The notes below the pieces were generated by a model, which saw only the letters and a program-made list of their open reading frames with translations, searched no databases and was not told where the DNA came from. Positions 41,827 through 52,304 of a stretch of 64,000 nt of DNA are shown one piece after another. Location of the stretch: assembly GCA_021787535.1 (NCBI GenBank), contig JAJYLR010000001.1, positions 556,321 through 620,320 on the forward strand. Reading direction: 5' to 3'. The translations under genes and the position numbers were made by a program. This DNA comes from a bacterium (lineage in GTDB: Bacteria; Patescibacteriota; CPR2; UBA1875; JAJYID01). How positions within the stretch are numbered: position 1 is the first letter of the stretch; each line of letters opens with the position of its first letter.

Positions 41827-42418
41827 ATGCCTTTACCGGTTTGAAGCTTTTTCGGTGAACGCGCGAAACCCCATGTTTCTTAATCAACTCTTGATGCTCC
41901 TTTGTTCCATATCCTTTGTTTTTGTCAAAGCGATAAATTGCCGCCTCCGGCACCTCTGAAATATGTCTGTCTCTTTCAACTTTTGCAAGTATCGAAGCAC
42001 AAGAAATGGAGTAGCAGACACTATCTCCACCCTTTACCGCTATCGAATCTTGTTCGCTGTAGCTAAAGGCGTCAATTAACAAAGTATCGACCTTCATCCC
42101 GAGTGCTCCGACTGCCCTTTTTATCGCAATATTTGTAGCCGCTGTCATGCCAAGCTCGTCTATCTCATAATGTTCAGCCCGGCCAGTTGAATAAGTTTTG
42201 GCTCGCTTTTTAATTTCCGTACATAACTTTTCTCTTTGCTTCGCCGTAAGCTTCTTCGAATCGTCTGCTCCGCGAATTTGGCGGCAATTTTTGGGAAATA
42301 CGACAGCCCCAACATATAGCGGACCAGCCCAAGAACCTCGTCCGACCTCGTCTATGCCGCAGAGGATTTCTTTTCCTTCCGCCCAAAGTGATTTTTCATA
42401 TTCTAAACTCGGCGCCAT
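41813..42418 (-). CDS. rnhB: Ribonuclease HII
   Basis: GIDEVGRG, DSKKL, ASILAKV and KGYGT motifs. Confidence 0.97.
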   Translation of the reverse strand: MAPSLEYEKSLWAEGKEILCGIDEVGRGSWAGPLYVGAVVFPKNCRQIRGADDSKKLTAKQREKLCTEIKKRAKTYSTGRAEHYEIDELGMTAATNIAIKRAVGALGMKVDTLLIDAFSYSEQDSIAVKGGDSVCYSISCASILAKVERDRHISEVPEAAIYRFDKNKGYGTKEHQELIKKHGVSRVHRKSFKPVKAFANG

Positions 42419-42496
42419 AACTCAAGTGTAAAATGTCAAAGGTTAAATGTAAAATGTGAAATTTTATTTTTTCTTAATGATAGATATAATTAATGT

Positions 42497-43039
42497 ATGT
42501 TTAATTTTGACATGGAATTTGCTTTTAAAGGAGAATCTGGGAAACATAGACCAGAGGTTGTTTCAGATACACTTCTTTTAACCATACCTCCCTTAAGAGA
42601 AGGGTCTCCGTATCATGTGCTTGAATCAATTGAGGAAATCAACAGCTACGTTGAGGAACCTTTGCGAGAAACAGTAAGATCTTTGTACAAAAAGAATATT
42701 GAGACAACATCATCTTCGGCAAATAAAAACGATGTGGAGCGAAAATTCGCGAGTATTGGGATCCTTTATGACCAGCTATCTCTGGAAAATAAGGCAATAG
42801 CCGATATGCTAGTTAAAGAAAAAGCTGCTGACAAAGAATATTTCTTATTTCCTCCCGAGGTTGGAGAGTTTGCATTCAGTATAGAAACTTGTAAAAGCTT
42901 TATGAGAACAAAAGAATACAAGGTTTTGAATATCCTATTAGGAGTCAACGGGGAGACAACAGCAGGAGATATAGAAGAAAAATTTGCGATAATTACAAAA
43001 AAATTCAAAGATCAAAGTCCAGAAAAAACAGGCAAATAG
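42497..43039 (+). CDS. Hypothetical protein
   Basis: 180-aa ORF; TATAAT 6 nt upstream of the ATG; terminator after the stop. Confidence 0.75.
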   Translation: MFNFDMEFAFKGESGKHRPEVVSDTLLLTIPPLREGSPYHVLESIEEINSYVEEPLRETVRSLYKKNIETTSSSANKNDVERKFASIGILYDQLSLENKAIADMLVKEKAADKEYFLFPPEVGEFAFSIETCKSFMRTKEYKVLNILLGVNGETTAGDIEEKFAIITKKFKDQSPEKTGK

Positions 43040-43066
43040 AAAAATTCCCTTTCGGGAATTTTTCTA
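43037..43066. terminator. Bidirectional terminator
   Basis: tagaaaaattccc-tttc-gggaatttttcta between convergent genes. Confidence 0.85.
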
Positions 43067-43079
43067 AATAGTTTTTTAA

Positions 43080-43793
43080 TTAAGCTTGACCTTCTCCTGC
43101 ACCTTTATCCTCTTCATCCTGCTTTTTGGCTTGTTCATCCTCAGACACCTTTTCAGCTAACTCACCTTCTCTGGCTTGTCCTTTCCCTAGATCTGCTTCG
43201 GCTTCTTCCAAACCTTCCTCAATTTCTTCTCGAGGATCCTTCTGCTCATCCTCAGCGACAGGACCGGCCTCTTCGTCTTTATCTATATCTTTTTCCTCGG
43301 ATTTCTCGATGTCTTCAATGCTTTCCGTATCCGCTTGAGCCATAACATCTTCAGAGATCTCGACCGGTTCTTCCTCATTTATTTCTTCCTCAATTTCCGC
43401 TTTATCCGCTGGAGACAGTTCCTCTTCCTTGACGTTCACAGCTAGAGCGTCAAATTGTTTTTCCTTCAGTTTAGCCGATTTACCGGTCAGATTTCTGAGG
43501 TAACTAATGTTTGCCCGGCGTACTTTAGCTCGTTTCACTACTTGAATTTTTTCTACCAGCGGCGAATGCAGAAGAAAAGTCCGCTCGACGCCAATGCCGT
43601 ATGACATTTTTCTGACAGTCGCAGAAGCGCCAATACCATCACCGCCCTGTTTTTTAATGACCACTCCTTCAAAAACTTGAGTTCTTTCTTTGTTGCCTTC
43701 TTTAATTTTTGTATGGACACGAACAGTATCACCCGGCTTTAAAGCAGGCAGTTTTTTGAGGTTTTGACGATCGAAGTTTTTTATTTTATCCAT
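43080..43793 (-). CDS. rplS: 50S ribosomal protein L19 with acidic C-terminal extension
   Basis: [25 protein letters not shown] and KVRRA motifs. Confidence 0.96.
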   Translation of the reverse strand: MDKIKNFDRQNLKKLPALKPGDTVRVHTKIKEGNKERTQVFEGVVIKKQGGDGIGASATVRKMSYGIGVERTFLLHSPLVEKIQVVKRAKVRRANISYLRNLTGKSAKLKEKQFDALAVNVKEEELSPADKAEIEEEINEEEPVEISEDVMAQADTESIEDIEKSEEKDIDKDEEAGPVAEDEQKDPREEIEEGLEEAEADLGKGQAREGELAEKVSEDEQAKKQDEEDKGAGEGQA

Positions 43794-43889
43794 TTTTCTT
43801 ATTTAAAAATATTAGCCGAAGCTAATTTTCTTAATCTCTAACTTTAAGATTATAGTGTCTGCGCGCTAAAAAGTCAATCGTCAAAGTCA

Positions 43890-46800
43890 CTAGCTTAGGA
43901 TTTCTATAATATCTTTTTCCAAATCTTCAGAAAAATCTATACCTTGGGGCATTTTTACTTTGCGTTTCCCACTATCCGAATTTAAGTGGATAATTACTTC
44001 ATTTTTACCCGGCCACTCCATAAGTGATTTTTTCAGGCCGGCTAGTTTAGCCGTTTCAGTATCTTTCGGTACATAAATATTCAAAAGATTGCCCTCTAGT
44101 TTGAGTAATGGCTGTTTGTCTTGAATATCTTCGCCTATTTCTTCATCAATACTGCGAATACTATCAACGAGAATTTTAGGATCGCCGTCTTTCATATTGA
44201 CTTTGCCGTTTACAAGAACAACTTTACCCTCCACAAAGAAATCGCCGTAAGAAGCTAAAATCTTTGGGAAAACCACTAGTTCTCCGCTGCCGCTTTTATC
44301 TTCAACTTTAACGAATAGCATACTCTCCTTGCTGCGGGTAAGGATCTTATGGATATTTGATATAACACAAGCAACTCGCACTTCTTGAGATGCTCCTATT
44401 CTCCCTAGATCAATCATCTTTGTAATAGAGGAAGAATCCAAAATATCTTTATAGGTGTCCAAAGGATGCTCGGATATATAAATCCCCAGAAGCTCTCTCT
44501 CCCAAGAAAGTTTTTCTTTGGAAGATATTTCACTCGGAGCTTTGGCGAGATTGAGCCCCGGCATTTCTATGCCAACTCCGCCAAAGAGGTCAACCTGGCC
44601 GTTTTGCGCATGCTTTTGCGACTTTTGGGCAAAGTCTAAAATCTTTTCTAAGTTATGGAGCAGAGTGGCGCGATCACCAAAGGCGTCCATAGCCCCGCTT
44701 TTTATAAATGATTCCATAACCTTTTTATTAATTTCTTTTGAATCTACTCTCTTGGCAAAATCTTCTATTGACTTAAACTCACCTCCTTTTTCTCTGGCTT
44801 CTATAAGAGCGTTTATAATGCCAGTTCCGACATTTTTAACAGCCAGAAGACCGAATCTGATATTGCCGGTTTCCTTTACTACCGCAAATTCTAGAAATGA
44901 TTCATTGACGCTTGGCGGCAAGACTTCTATGCCAAGTTTTCGGCACTCGTCGATATCGATGGCGATACGGTCAGTATCAGAATAGTCGCTGGTCATAAGA
45001 GCCGCCATAAAAGCCGCCGGAAAGCGGGCTTTCATATAAGCTGTCCAATAAGCAATCAAGGCATAACAGGCCGCATGAGCTTTTACAAAACCGTATTGGG
45101 CAAATTTTTCAAAGTCGTCAAAGACTTGCTCCGCTGTTTTTCTCTTAACCCCATTGACTACCGCGCCTTCGATAAATTGAGCTCTCATCTTCTTCATCAT
45201 CCGGGCAATTTTCTTGCCCATGGCTTTTCTAAGAGTATCTGCTTCACCGCCGGTAAAACCGGCCATTTCCTTGGAAATCTGCATCACCTGCTCCTGATAG
45301 ATAATAACGCCATATGTATTTTTGAGAGCATTTTCCATAAGGGGATGGGTATAGGCAACCTTTTTCTTGCCTTGTTTACGGGCGATAAACTCGTCAATAA
45401 ACTGTATCGGTCCGGGACGATATAGCGCTACCATAGCCACAATATCTTCAAAAACGGTGGGTTTTAGGGCTTTCAAATATCTTTTCATGCCGGCCGACTC
45501 AAACTGGAAAACTCCTGTTGTCTCACCCTTCGCCAGAAGAGTATAAGTTTTTTTGTCATCGAGAGAAATATCAGCCAGTTCAACTTCTTTCCCATAAACT
45601 TTTTTTACTATGCGGATAGCGTTCTTTAAAATCGTAAGGTTCGAAAGCCCCAGAAAATCCATCTTTAATATCCCAATGTCTTCCAATGGGAACATTGAAT
45701 ACTGGGTGTTTGTGGCAATATCACCCTTGGTCGCCTTTTGAAGCGGGGTGTAGTTCACCAAGGGCTCTTTAGAAATGACAACTCCGGCTGCATGAGTCGA
45801 TGAGTGCCTGGAAACGCCTTCCAGCCGAAGCGCTATATCAATCAATTTTTTGACCCTCTCGTCGGTATTATAAAGCGACCTCAGCTCAGCTACATCTCGG
45901 ATTGCATCAGCCAAATGCGTAAACTGCGGCACCATTTTGGCAATTTTATCCACTTCTGTGTATGGCATTCCGAGTACTCTGCCCACATCGCGTACAGCAG
46001 CCCTTGCCGCCATAGTACCGAAAGTTATAATCTGCGCCACGTGATCTTTGCCGTATTTTTCCGCCACGTAATCGATAACTTCATGCCTTCTGTCATCGGC
46101 AAAGTCCATATCAATATCAGGCATAGAGATTCTATCCGGATTTAGAAATCTTTCAAAAAGGAGATCAAACTTTGTCGGTTCCAGCTCGGTAATGTTGAGT
46201 GCGTACGAAACCACAGAACCGGCGGCCGAACCTCTCCCCGGCCCTACCACAATACCGCGGTCTTTCGCCCATTTTACAAAATCCCAAACGATTAAGAAGT
46301 AAGATTCGTAGCCCATACGCTCGATAACTGACATTTCATAATCGACTCTTTCGCGCATTTCCGGCGTAATTTTTCCGTATTTTTTTACCAGGCCTTCCTC
46401 CACCAGCTTTTTGAAGTAGCTCTGAATTGTTTCACCCTCAGGAACATCGAAGTTCGGGATTAAAATTTTCCCGAGATCCAGCTCTAGGTTGCATTTTTCG
46501 GCAATTTTAACCGTATTTTCGAGCGACTCGGGCACATCTTTAAAGGCCTCGGCAATTTCATCGGGAGAAACAAAAGAGATATCTCCTTCCATTTTCATTC
46601 TGTCAACGTCTGAGACAAGTTTCCCGGTCTGTAAGCACAAAAGAGCATCGTGCGCTTCGGCGTCTTCCTTTTCGATATAATGGACATCTTTGGAAACTAT
46701 CAGAGGAATATCCAGTTTTTTAGACAATTTAATAAGTTCCTTGTTTACATTTTCCTGTTTATCCCAGCCGGGATGGTACTGAAGCTCCAGATAAAAATCC

Positions 46801-47309
46801 CCGCCAAAGAGATTTTTATAAAACAGCGCTGCTTCTTCAGCTTTTTTAAGATCGCCGTTATCAATATAGCCTGCAACCTCACCTTTCAGGCATGCGCTGC
46901 AAGCGATTAAACCTTCTGAGTGTTCAGCTAGAACCTCTTTGTCGATTCTTGGCTTGTAATAGTAGCCCTCAAGATGGGCAATACTTGAGAGTTTCATAAG
47001 GTTTTTATATCCGGTTTCGTTTTTTGCCAGTAGAATTAAATGGTTTGGCCGAGTATCGAGCCGGGCTGTCTTGTCTGTCAGCTTTCTGGGAGCTACATAA
47101 ACCTCGCAACCGATAATCGGCTTGATATCGCGAGCCCGCGCCTCTTTATAAAAGTCAATGGCTCCGTACATAACTCCATGGTCTGTAATAGCCACAGCCG
47201 GCATCCCGTACTCTTTCGCTTTATCCAAGAGCGCCGGCAGCTTGCACATCCCATCAAGAAGCGAGTAGTGCGTATGGACATGAAGATGGACAAATTGTTT
47301 TTTAGCCAA
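43890..47309 (-). CDS. dnaE: DNA polymerase III alpha subunit
   Basis: PHP domain HLHVHTHYSLLDG; GRGSAAGS and PDIDMD motifs; TTG start with AAGGAG RBS. Confidence 0.98.
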   Translation of the reverse strand: MAKKQFVHLHVHTHYSLLDGMCKLPALLDKAKEYGMPAVAITDHGVMYGAIDFYKEARARDIKPIIGCEVYVAPRKLTDKTARLDTRPNHLILLAKNETGYKNLMKLSSIAHLEGYYYKPRIDKEVLAEHSEGLIACSACLKGEVAGYIDNGDLKKAEEAALFYKNLFGGDFYLELQYHPGWDKQENVNKELIKLSKKLDIPLIVSKDVHYIEKEDAEAHDALLCLQTGKLVSDVDRMKMEGDISFVSPDEIAEAFKDVPESLENTVKIAEKCNLELDLGKILIPNFDVPEGETIQSYFKKLVEEGLVKKYGKITPEMRERVDYEMSVIERMGYESYFLIVWDFVKWAKDRGIVVGPGRGSAAGSVVSYALNITELEPTKFDLLFERFLNPDRISMPDIDMDFADDRRHEVIDYVAEKYGKDHVAQIITFGTMAARAAVRDVGRVLGMPYTEVDKIAKMVPQFTHLADAIRDVAELRSLYNTDERVKKLIDIALRLEGVSRHSSTHAAGVVISKEPLVNYTPLQKATKGDIATNTQYSMFPLEDIGILKMDFLGLSNLTILKNAIRIVKKVYGKEVELADISLDDKKTYTLLAKGETTGVFQFESAGMKRYLKALKPTVFEDIVAMVALYRPGPIQFIDEFIARKQGKKKVAYTHPLMENALKNTYGVIIYQEQVMQISKEMAGFTGGEADTLRKAMGKKIARMMKKMRAQFIEGAVVNGVKRKTAEQVFDDFEKFAQYGFVKAHAACYALIAYWTAYMKARFPAAFMAALMTSDYSDTDRIAIDIDECRKLGIEVLPPSVNESFLEFAVVKETGNIRFGLLAVKNVGTGIINALIEAREKGGEFKSIEDFAKRVDSKEINKKVMESFIKSGAMDAFGDRATLLHNLEKILDFAQKSQKHAQNGQVDLFGGVGIEMPGLNLAKAPSEISSKEKLSWERELLGIYISEHPLDTYKDILDSSSITKMIDLGRIGASQEVRVACVISNIHKILTRSKESMLFVKVEDKSGSGELVVFPKILASYGDFFVEGKVVLVNGKVNMKDGDPKILVDSIRSIDEEIGEDIQDKQPLLKLEGNLLNIYVPKDTETAKLAGLKKSLMEWPGKNEVIIHLNSDSGKRKVKMPQGIDFSEDLEKDIIEILS

Positions 47310-47442
47310 AAAAAGCTCCTTCCGAAGTCTATTATCTACGTCCCGTTTCTCTTATTTTATCACAATAAGAGCAATACAAAAATCAAATTTTACCGCATAA
47401 AATTTTTTGCATGAATGAGATGCAGTTAGACTTCCTTAGAAT

Positions 47443-47835
47443 TCATTCAATTTCGCTGAAAGCTGATATGAGAGCGGTAATAATGTAAATCACAATATAA
47501 TAAAACGCCATCGCCGCCAGGGTCTCGAGTTCGAACCTCGGCGAAACCACACTGATGCTGCCAAGACTGTTAAAAAGGTAAAAGAAAAACCAGACAAAAG
47601 GATAGCTGATAGTATAGAAAAACGCGCTTAGCATGTTTCCTCCGACCGCCCCGAAGGCCGCAAGCACTAGGCGAATCAAAAGAATGACCTCAGCTAGTCC
47701 AAGTACCCACCAAAGCAATTTTTCGATGAAAAGCGCAGTAACATGAACCTCTCTAGGACGGGCTAATGGTTGCGCAATCGGGTGCGCTTTATAGAAAATT
47801 TCTCCTTTTGCCAAGTCTTTATTCCTTTTTTTCAT
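47443..47835 (-). CDS. YggT-like small membrane protein
   Basis: EVILLIR...FG...F-Y-x-x-S-x-PFV pattern; TMs. Confidence 0.6.
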   Translation of the reverse strand: MKKRNKDLAKGEIFYKAHPIAQPLARPREVHVTALFIEKLLWWVLGLAEVILLIRLVLAAFGAVGGNMLSAFFYTISYPFVWFFFYLFNSLGSISVVSPRFELETLAAMAFYYIVIYIITALISAFSEIE

Positions 47836-47856
47836 GTTTTCTCTCCTTTTAGAACA

Positions 47857-48258
47857 TTAATGTTGACTTTTTAATGCCCTTATAATTTTTAAGGCGCCAT
47901 AGAAAATGACAAAGTAAATTATCATGATCGCCAAATTTTCATACAAAAACTGGTTATTTATGAGCGGAACCTGTTGCTGGTTTGAACTTACAACCATAAC
48001 AAAGGGATAACTGGAAGCATACAAGAGATAAGTCATAAGATTGCCTCCATTTATGCCAAACATCATCAGAATCACGCGAAGCAAAAGCAATATCTCAGCC
48101 GTCCCTAGAGAGAAAAAGATTATGCCTTCCAGAAATTCCGCAACCCTTACGCTAATACGAGGCAGTTCCAGCTCATGCGAACCCGCTGCTGCTGCCGGAA
48201 TGGCTTCATAAAAAGTATTACTCTCTTCTTTCTTTTCCCTCCTTGCATCTTTTTGCAT
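47857..48258 (-). CDS. YggT-like small membrane protein, paralog of 47443-47835
   Basis: LGTAEILLLLR...FG...GGN...YASSYPFV aligns with the neighbouring gene. Confidence 0.6.
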   Translation of the reverse strand: MQKDARREKKEESNTFYEAIPAAAAGSHELELPRISVRVAEFLEGIIFFSLGTAEILLLLRVILMMFGINGGNLMTYLLYASSYPFVMVVSSNQQQVPLINNQFLYENLAIMIIYFVIFYGALKIIRALKSQH

Positions 48259-48380
48259 AAGAGCCTCCTAAACTTTTAGCCCAATAGTTTAACTGTTTCC
48301 AGAATAGATGAAAGATTTTTAAAGCGCCTCTGGCAGAGTTCTAATTTTTTCAAGTTATTTTGTATGAAAGTTGTCGCAAG

Positions 48381-48425
48381 TACCAAATGGAAAAACAGCA
48401 TTTCCAGCTGTTTTTCCATTTGGTA
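48381..48425. terminator. Perfect 19-bp stem hairpin after HdeD-like gene
   Basis: taccaaatggaaaaacagc-atttcca-gctgtttttccatttggta. Confidence 0.6.
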
Positions 48426-48437
48426 GCGCCAACTATT

Positions 48438-49055
48438 TCACGTAGTTAACGAATGTGCTCCCGTACCTAAAGCTGCCAGCGAGAACCCGCCAATGACAAG
48501 ATCTACTCCCACCAGAAGACCTAGAAACCATATCGCGCTAAGCGGCCAGCTGAAGAATACTATTACTCCAAGTACCACAGCAACTATACCACTGAAGAGC
48601 ATCCAGCCCCAGTTGCTTGCATGCCTTGAGACAGCCGATAAAACGATTTTGAAGATTCCGGATAAAACGAAGTAAATAGATAAGAGCAGAGTCAGGGTTA
48701 TAAGTCCCCCTAGAGGATAGACGAGCAACAAGATGCCAATAACCGCGTAAGTGAGAGCTACAAGAATGTGCCAGAAAAAGCCGCCCCAACCGCGGATGTT
48801 GAGCGCATGAATAAACTGCACTAAACCGGCAACCAAAAGAACAATTGCAAGCAGAATAACCGCTCCCACCGAAGTGATAGCCGGGTAAACTATGGCTAGC
48901 GCTCCAAGCAGTATCATGACTATCCCCACAGCTACTGCCCAAGCCCAATGCCTCGAAATAGCTTCAGTTTCATTTCTATCCGCATACATCGCACCGGTTG
49001 CAACTGATCGATAGAATGTTTTGCTTTTCTTTTTTTCCTGAGCCACTTTAATCAC
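48438..49055 (-). CDS. HdeD/DUF308 family membrane protein
   Basis: Six TMs with repeated W..GI..I.LG...P pattern; GTG start with AAGGAGG RBS. Confidence 0.85.
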   Translation of the reverse strand: MIKVAQEKKKSKTFYRSVATGAMYADRNETEAISRHWAWAVAVGIVMILLGALAIVYPAITSVGAVILLAIVLLVAGLVQFIHALNIRGWGGFFWHILVALTYAVIGILLLVYPLGGLITLTLLLSIYFVLSGIFKIVLSAVSRHASNWGWMLFSGIVAVVLGVIVFFSWPLSAIWFLGLLVGVDLVIGGFSLAALGTGAHSLTT

Positions 49056-49215
49056 CTCCTTTCTTACTTGCTTACCCCCATTATAAAAAAGGGGCTCCTA
49101 AAAACCTCTTTCATAATTACAAAAAGTATGTTGGTTATGTTTCTAGATGTTGGATCGCTTTGCTTGCGGGGACTGTATTTGCATTTCCCGCATTTCCAAC
49201 AATGCTGCCATTTCT

Positions 49216-49500
49216 TTAATCTATACCCCAAAACCTCTTTTTGTAATGAGTGCTTGAACCGTAAATTTTAAATTCTGACATATCCTCGAGATTACTTATC
49301 ACGAGTCCCATACCCAACGCAATCAAACTCAAGGAAAACTTATCCTCAAAAAGAAAGAGATAACTCGTCATCCCTGCAAATGCAAAAGCTGTACCAAAAA
49401 CCCAAAGATGAGGCATTTTGGTCTTTCTGTTTAAAATCCGTATGATACGGCCCGCGATAAAGCTAGCCGATAAAATTAAAATGTCAATCAAAACCTGCAT
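49216..49500 (-). CDS. Small hypothetical membrane protein
   Basis: Hydrophobic segments; follows gatB closely. Confidence 0.6.
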   Translation of the reverse strand: MQVLIDILILSASFIAGRIIRILNRKTKMPHLWVFGTAFAFAGMTSYLFLFEDKFSLSLIALGMGLVISNLEDMSEFKIYGSSTHYKKRFWGID

Positions 49501-49511
49501 ATTTCTTTTCC

Positions 49512-50999
49512 CTAATTACTATTTCCTAATTTCCTGGCTAAAGTTTCGTTCACTGCCTTCGGATTTGCTTGGCCGCGCGTCTTCGCCATCACCTGGCCGA
49601 CTAGAAATCCGAATGCTTTTTCTTTGCCGGATTTATAATCTTCCACAACTTTGGGATTCGCCTCCAAAACATCGTCAATGATTTTCCCGATTTCGCCCGT
49701 ATCTGTAATCTGTTTCATTCCTCTTTCTTCGATTATACCATAGCAACTTTTGCCTGTCTTAAACATTTCGGCGAAAACTTGCTTTGCCTGTTTGCCGCTA
49801 ATTGCGCCTTTTTCTATTGAAGCCATAAGCTCTGCCATGTTTTCCGGCTCGATTTTAATTTCACTAATTCCAATAGAGATCTCATTCATTTTTCCGGCAA
49901 GTTCCGAGGTCATCCAGTTGGCTAATCTAATAGCGTAATTTTTCATAATCTCGGAGTTCTTGGCCGTCTCCCCGATGTGTTCCAGTGTTTTTTCGAAATA
50001 ATTTGCCATATCTAGATCATCGGCCAGATAATTGGCGTCTTTCTTATTTAATCCATATTCCAAAGCAAATCGCGCCTTTTTCTCCCAAGGTAGTTCCGGC
50101 ATCATACTCTTGATTTTTTCAAGATCAATCGCATTCTCGTCGCCTTTTCTTGTGGTAATCGGCGGAATATCCGGCTCCGGAAAGTAACGGTAATCATGGG
50201 CTTCTTCCTTTGACCTTTGCCCCAAAGTTTTTCCTTTTGAGTCATCCCAGCCGCGAGTTTCCTGATATATTTTCTTACCGTCATTTAAAAGATCAGATTG
50301 TCTCTCGATTTCGTAGTTCACAGCCCGTTCGATCATTTTGAAAGAGTTCATATTTTTGACCTCGACCTTGGCGCCGAGCTTTTTCTCATCATATTTACGC
50401 AGTGAAATATTAACGTCGCAACGCAAATTCCCCTGCTCCATGTTTGCATCTGATATTTGTAGATGTCGCAGAAGAGATCGCAAAGTCTGCATAAATACCC
50501 GAGCTTCCGCCCCGCTTCGGAGATCCGGTTCCGTCACCATCTCAACAAGCGGTGTACCGGCACGGTTGAGGTCGACAAGCGAAGTGCCGTTTTTAGCATG
50601 CACCAGCTTCCCGGCGTCTTCCTCCAGATGAATGTGATGCAGGTGAATCTCTCTCTCGGCACCATTAACGTCAATCTTTAAGCCGCCTCCAATTACCGGC
50701 GGATTGGTGGCTGAGGAAATCTGATACGCTTTAGGCAGATCAGGGTAAAAATAGTTTTTGCGTTCAAAGTTAAACTCCTCGGCTATTTTTGCCTCCAGTG
50801 CCATACCGAGTAGCATCGTCCACTCGATGGCCTGCCGGTTCGGCACCGGCAAAGTTCCGGGAAATCCCATACACACCGGACAAACATTTGTATTCGGGTC
50901 TGCTTCGATGGAATGATTGTCGCTCCCGCAAAACATCTTAGACCTAGTCTTAAGCTGGGCGTGTATCTCAAGCCCTATCACTGCTTCATATTCTTGCAT
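49512..50999 (-). CDS. gatB: Asp/Glu-tRNA amidotransferase subunit B
   Basis: IGLEIHAQL, RKNYFYPDLPK and DYRYFPEPD motifs. Confidence 0.98.
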   Translation of the reverse strand: MQEYEAVIGLEIHAQLKTRSKMFCGSDNHSIEADPNTNVCPVCMGFPGTLPVPNRQAIEWTMLLGMALEAKIAEEFNFERKNYFYPDLPKAYQISSATNPPVIGGGLKIDVNGAEREIHLHHIHLEEDAGKLVHAKNGTSLVDLNRAGTPLVEMVTEPDLRSGAEARVFMQTLRSLLRHLQISDANMEQGNLRCDVNISLRKYDEKKLGAKVEVKNMNSFKMIERAVNYEIERQSDLLNDGKKIYQETRGWDDSKGKTLGQRSKEEAHDYRYFPEPDIPPITTRKGDENAIDLEKIKSMMPELPWEKKARFALEYGLNKKDANYLADDLDMANYFEKTLEHIGETAKNSEIMKNYAIRLANWMTSELAGKMNEISIGISEIKIEPENMAELMASIEKGAISGKQAKQVFAEMFKTGKSCYGIIEERGMKQITDTGEIGKIIDDVLEANPKVVEDYKSGKEKAFGFLVGQVMAKTRGQANPKAVNETLARKLGNSN

Positions 51000-51029
51000 A
51001 AAATCAATTTTAGCAGAATAGGCGTTTTT

Positions 51030-51087
51030 TTGAAATTTGAAAATTAGAAATTGATTGAAAATTGAGACTTGAAAATTGGAAATTTCA
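51030..51087. repeat. Heptamer repeat tract
   Basis: tgaaatt-tgaaaat-tagaaat-tgat-tgaaaat-tgagact-tgaaaat-tggaaat. Confidence 0.75.
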
Positions 51088-51573
51088 TCACAGTTTATCC
51101 ATCAACTCTTTCTTCTTCTCGTCGTATTCTTCCCGAGTGATAATCTTCTCATGGAAAACCTGGGCTAGCTGCTCCATTTCTTCAACAACACTGGCCGTTG
51201 CCTTTCTTCTGCTTGAAGGGTTATGCAGAATCAGCTGCCTGTTCATTTCGCAGAAAAACTGTACCGTTCTTTTTCTATTTTTCCTGAAAAACTGCAAGCG
51301 AAACTTCTGGCCGTAATAATCAACAAAAATGGTGTCAAAAATGACACCTTCATTCATATCCGCGCTAAGCGCTCCCAGATACATCGGCCAGATATCATAG
51401 GAAATACCAAATGGCCATCTTATGATACAAATCATCCTCCTGTCAGTCAGAATAGTCCATCTTTGCCACTTAACATAACTCCAAGGTTCTTTCACCGCAT
51501 CAACAATTTTTTCGCCCTGATCCAATACAGAAATCAGCTGATTTCTTACACCGCTCGGCAATAAAATTTTCAC
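51088..51573 (-). CDS. Bacterial PH-domain plus SHOCT-domain protein
   Basis: ILTDRR motif; C-terminal ITREEYDEKKKEL. Confidence 0.75.
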   Translation of the reverse strand: MKILLPSGVRNQLISVLDQGEKIVDAVKEPWSYVKWQRWTILTDRRMICIIRWPFGISYDIWPMYLGALSADMNEGVIFDTIFVDYYGQKFRLQFFRKNRKRTVQFFCEMNRQLILHNPSSRRKATASVVEEMEQLAQVFHEKIITREEYDEKKKELMDKL

Positions 51574-51689
51574 TTTTTACACCCCCTCTCGCCCAATGTT
51601 CGCACTGCTTGCTAACATAAAAGTAATGTTTTCGATGATGCAAAAACATATGTCAAATACCAAAAAAACCAGTATTTTTTTAGATAATT

Positions 51690-52184
51690 TTATAACTTAT
51701 CTATTAACCTTTTTTTCTTGAATTCATATTCTTCTGACGTAATTTTGTTTTCATAAAATGTCCGAGCTAATGCCTCAAGCTCAGTCTTGGCGGCTGTTTT
51801 TTCTCTCTCTTCCTGTTCCTTTTCCAAATCTCTAAACATCTCATCGCGCGCTTTTTCTATTTCGTTGACAAACCTGATAGTACTTTCGCGAACTGAAGGG
51901 AAAAAATTGATCATGCGTTCACCAGTTGAATCGCGAATATAAATCGTGTCCATAATCACGCCTTCGATCATTTCAAAATTCGCCCCGGATAAAACAATCT
52001 GGATGATATCGAAGCTCAGTCCGAAGAAAACCCTCTTTATAAGGTAGAGTCTTTTGCTCGTTAAAATCACCCACCTATTCCTTTTATAGAAACTCCAGGG
52101 CTCTTTGCGAAAATCTATCGGCTTTTCATCATCTTCAAGAAATCTCGCCAGTTCTTTTGCGATGTCTTTTGGCAATCCCAGCAT
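51690..52184 (-). CDS. Bacterial PH-domain plus SHOCT-domain protein (paralog)
   Basis: KEPWS, ILTSKRL, EGVIMDTI and ITSEEYEFKKKRL align with the neighbouring gene. Confidence 0.75.
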   Translation of the reverse strand: MLGLPKDIAKELARFLEDDEKPIDFRKEPWSFYKRNRWVILTSKRLYLIKRVFFGLSFDIIQIVLSGANFEMIEGVIMDTIYIRDSTGERMINFFPSVRESTIRFVNEIEKARDEMFRDLEKEQEEREKTAAKTELEALARTFYENKITSEEYEFKKKRLIDKL

Positions 52185-52304
52185 ACAAATATACTAAGAA
52201 TTTATAGGCCAAAAAACATTATGAAAAATTACGAAAACCCTTACAACTTGACATGCAAGCTGTGCATAAGCTTTAATTGGGTAAAGTAAAAGGAAGGAAG
52301 AAAT

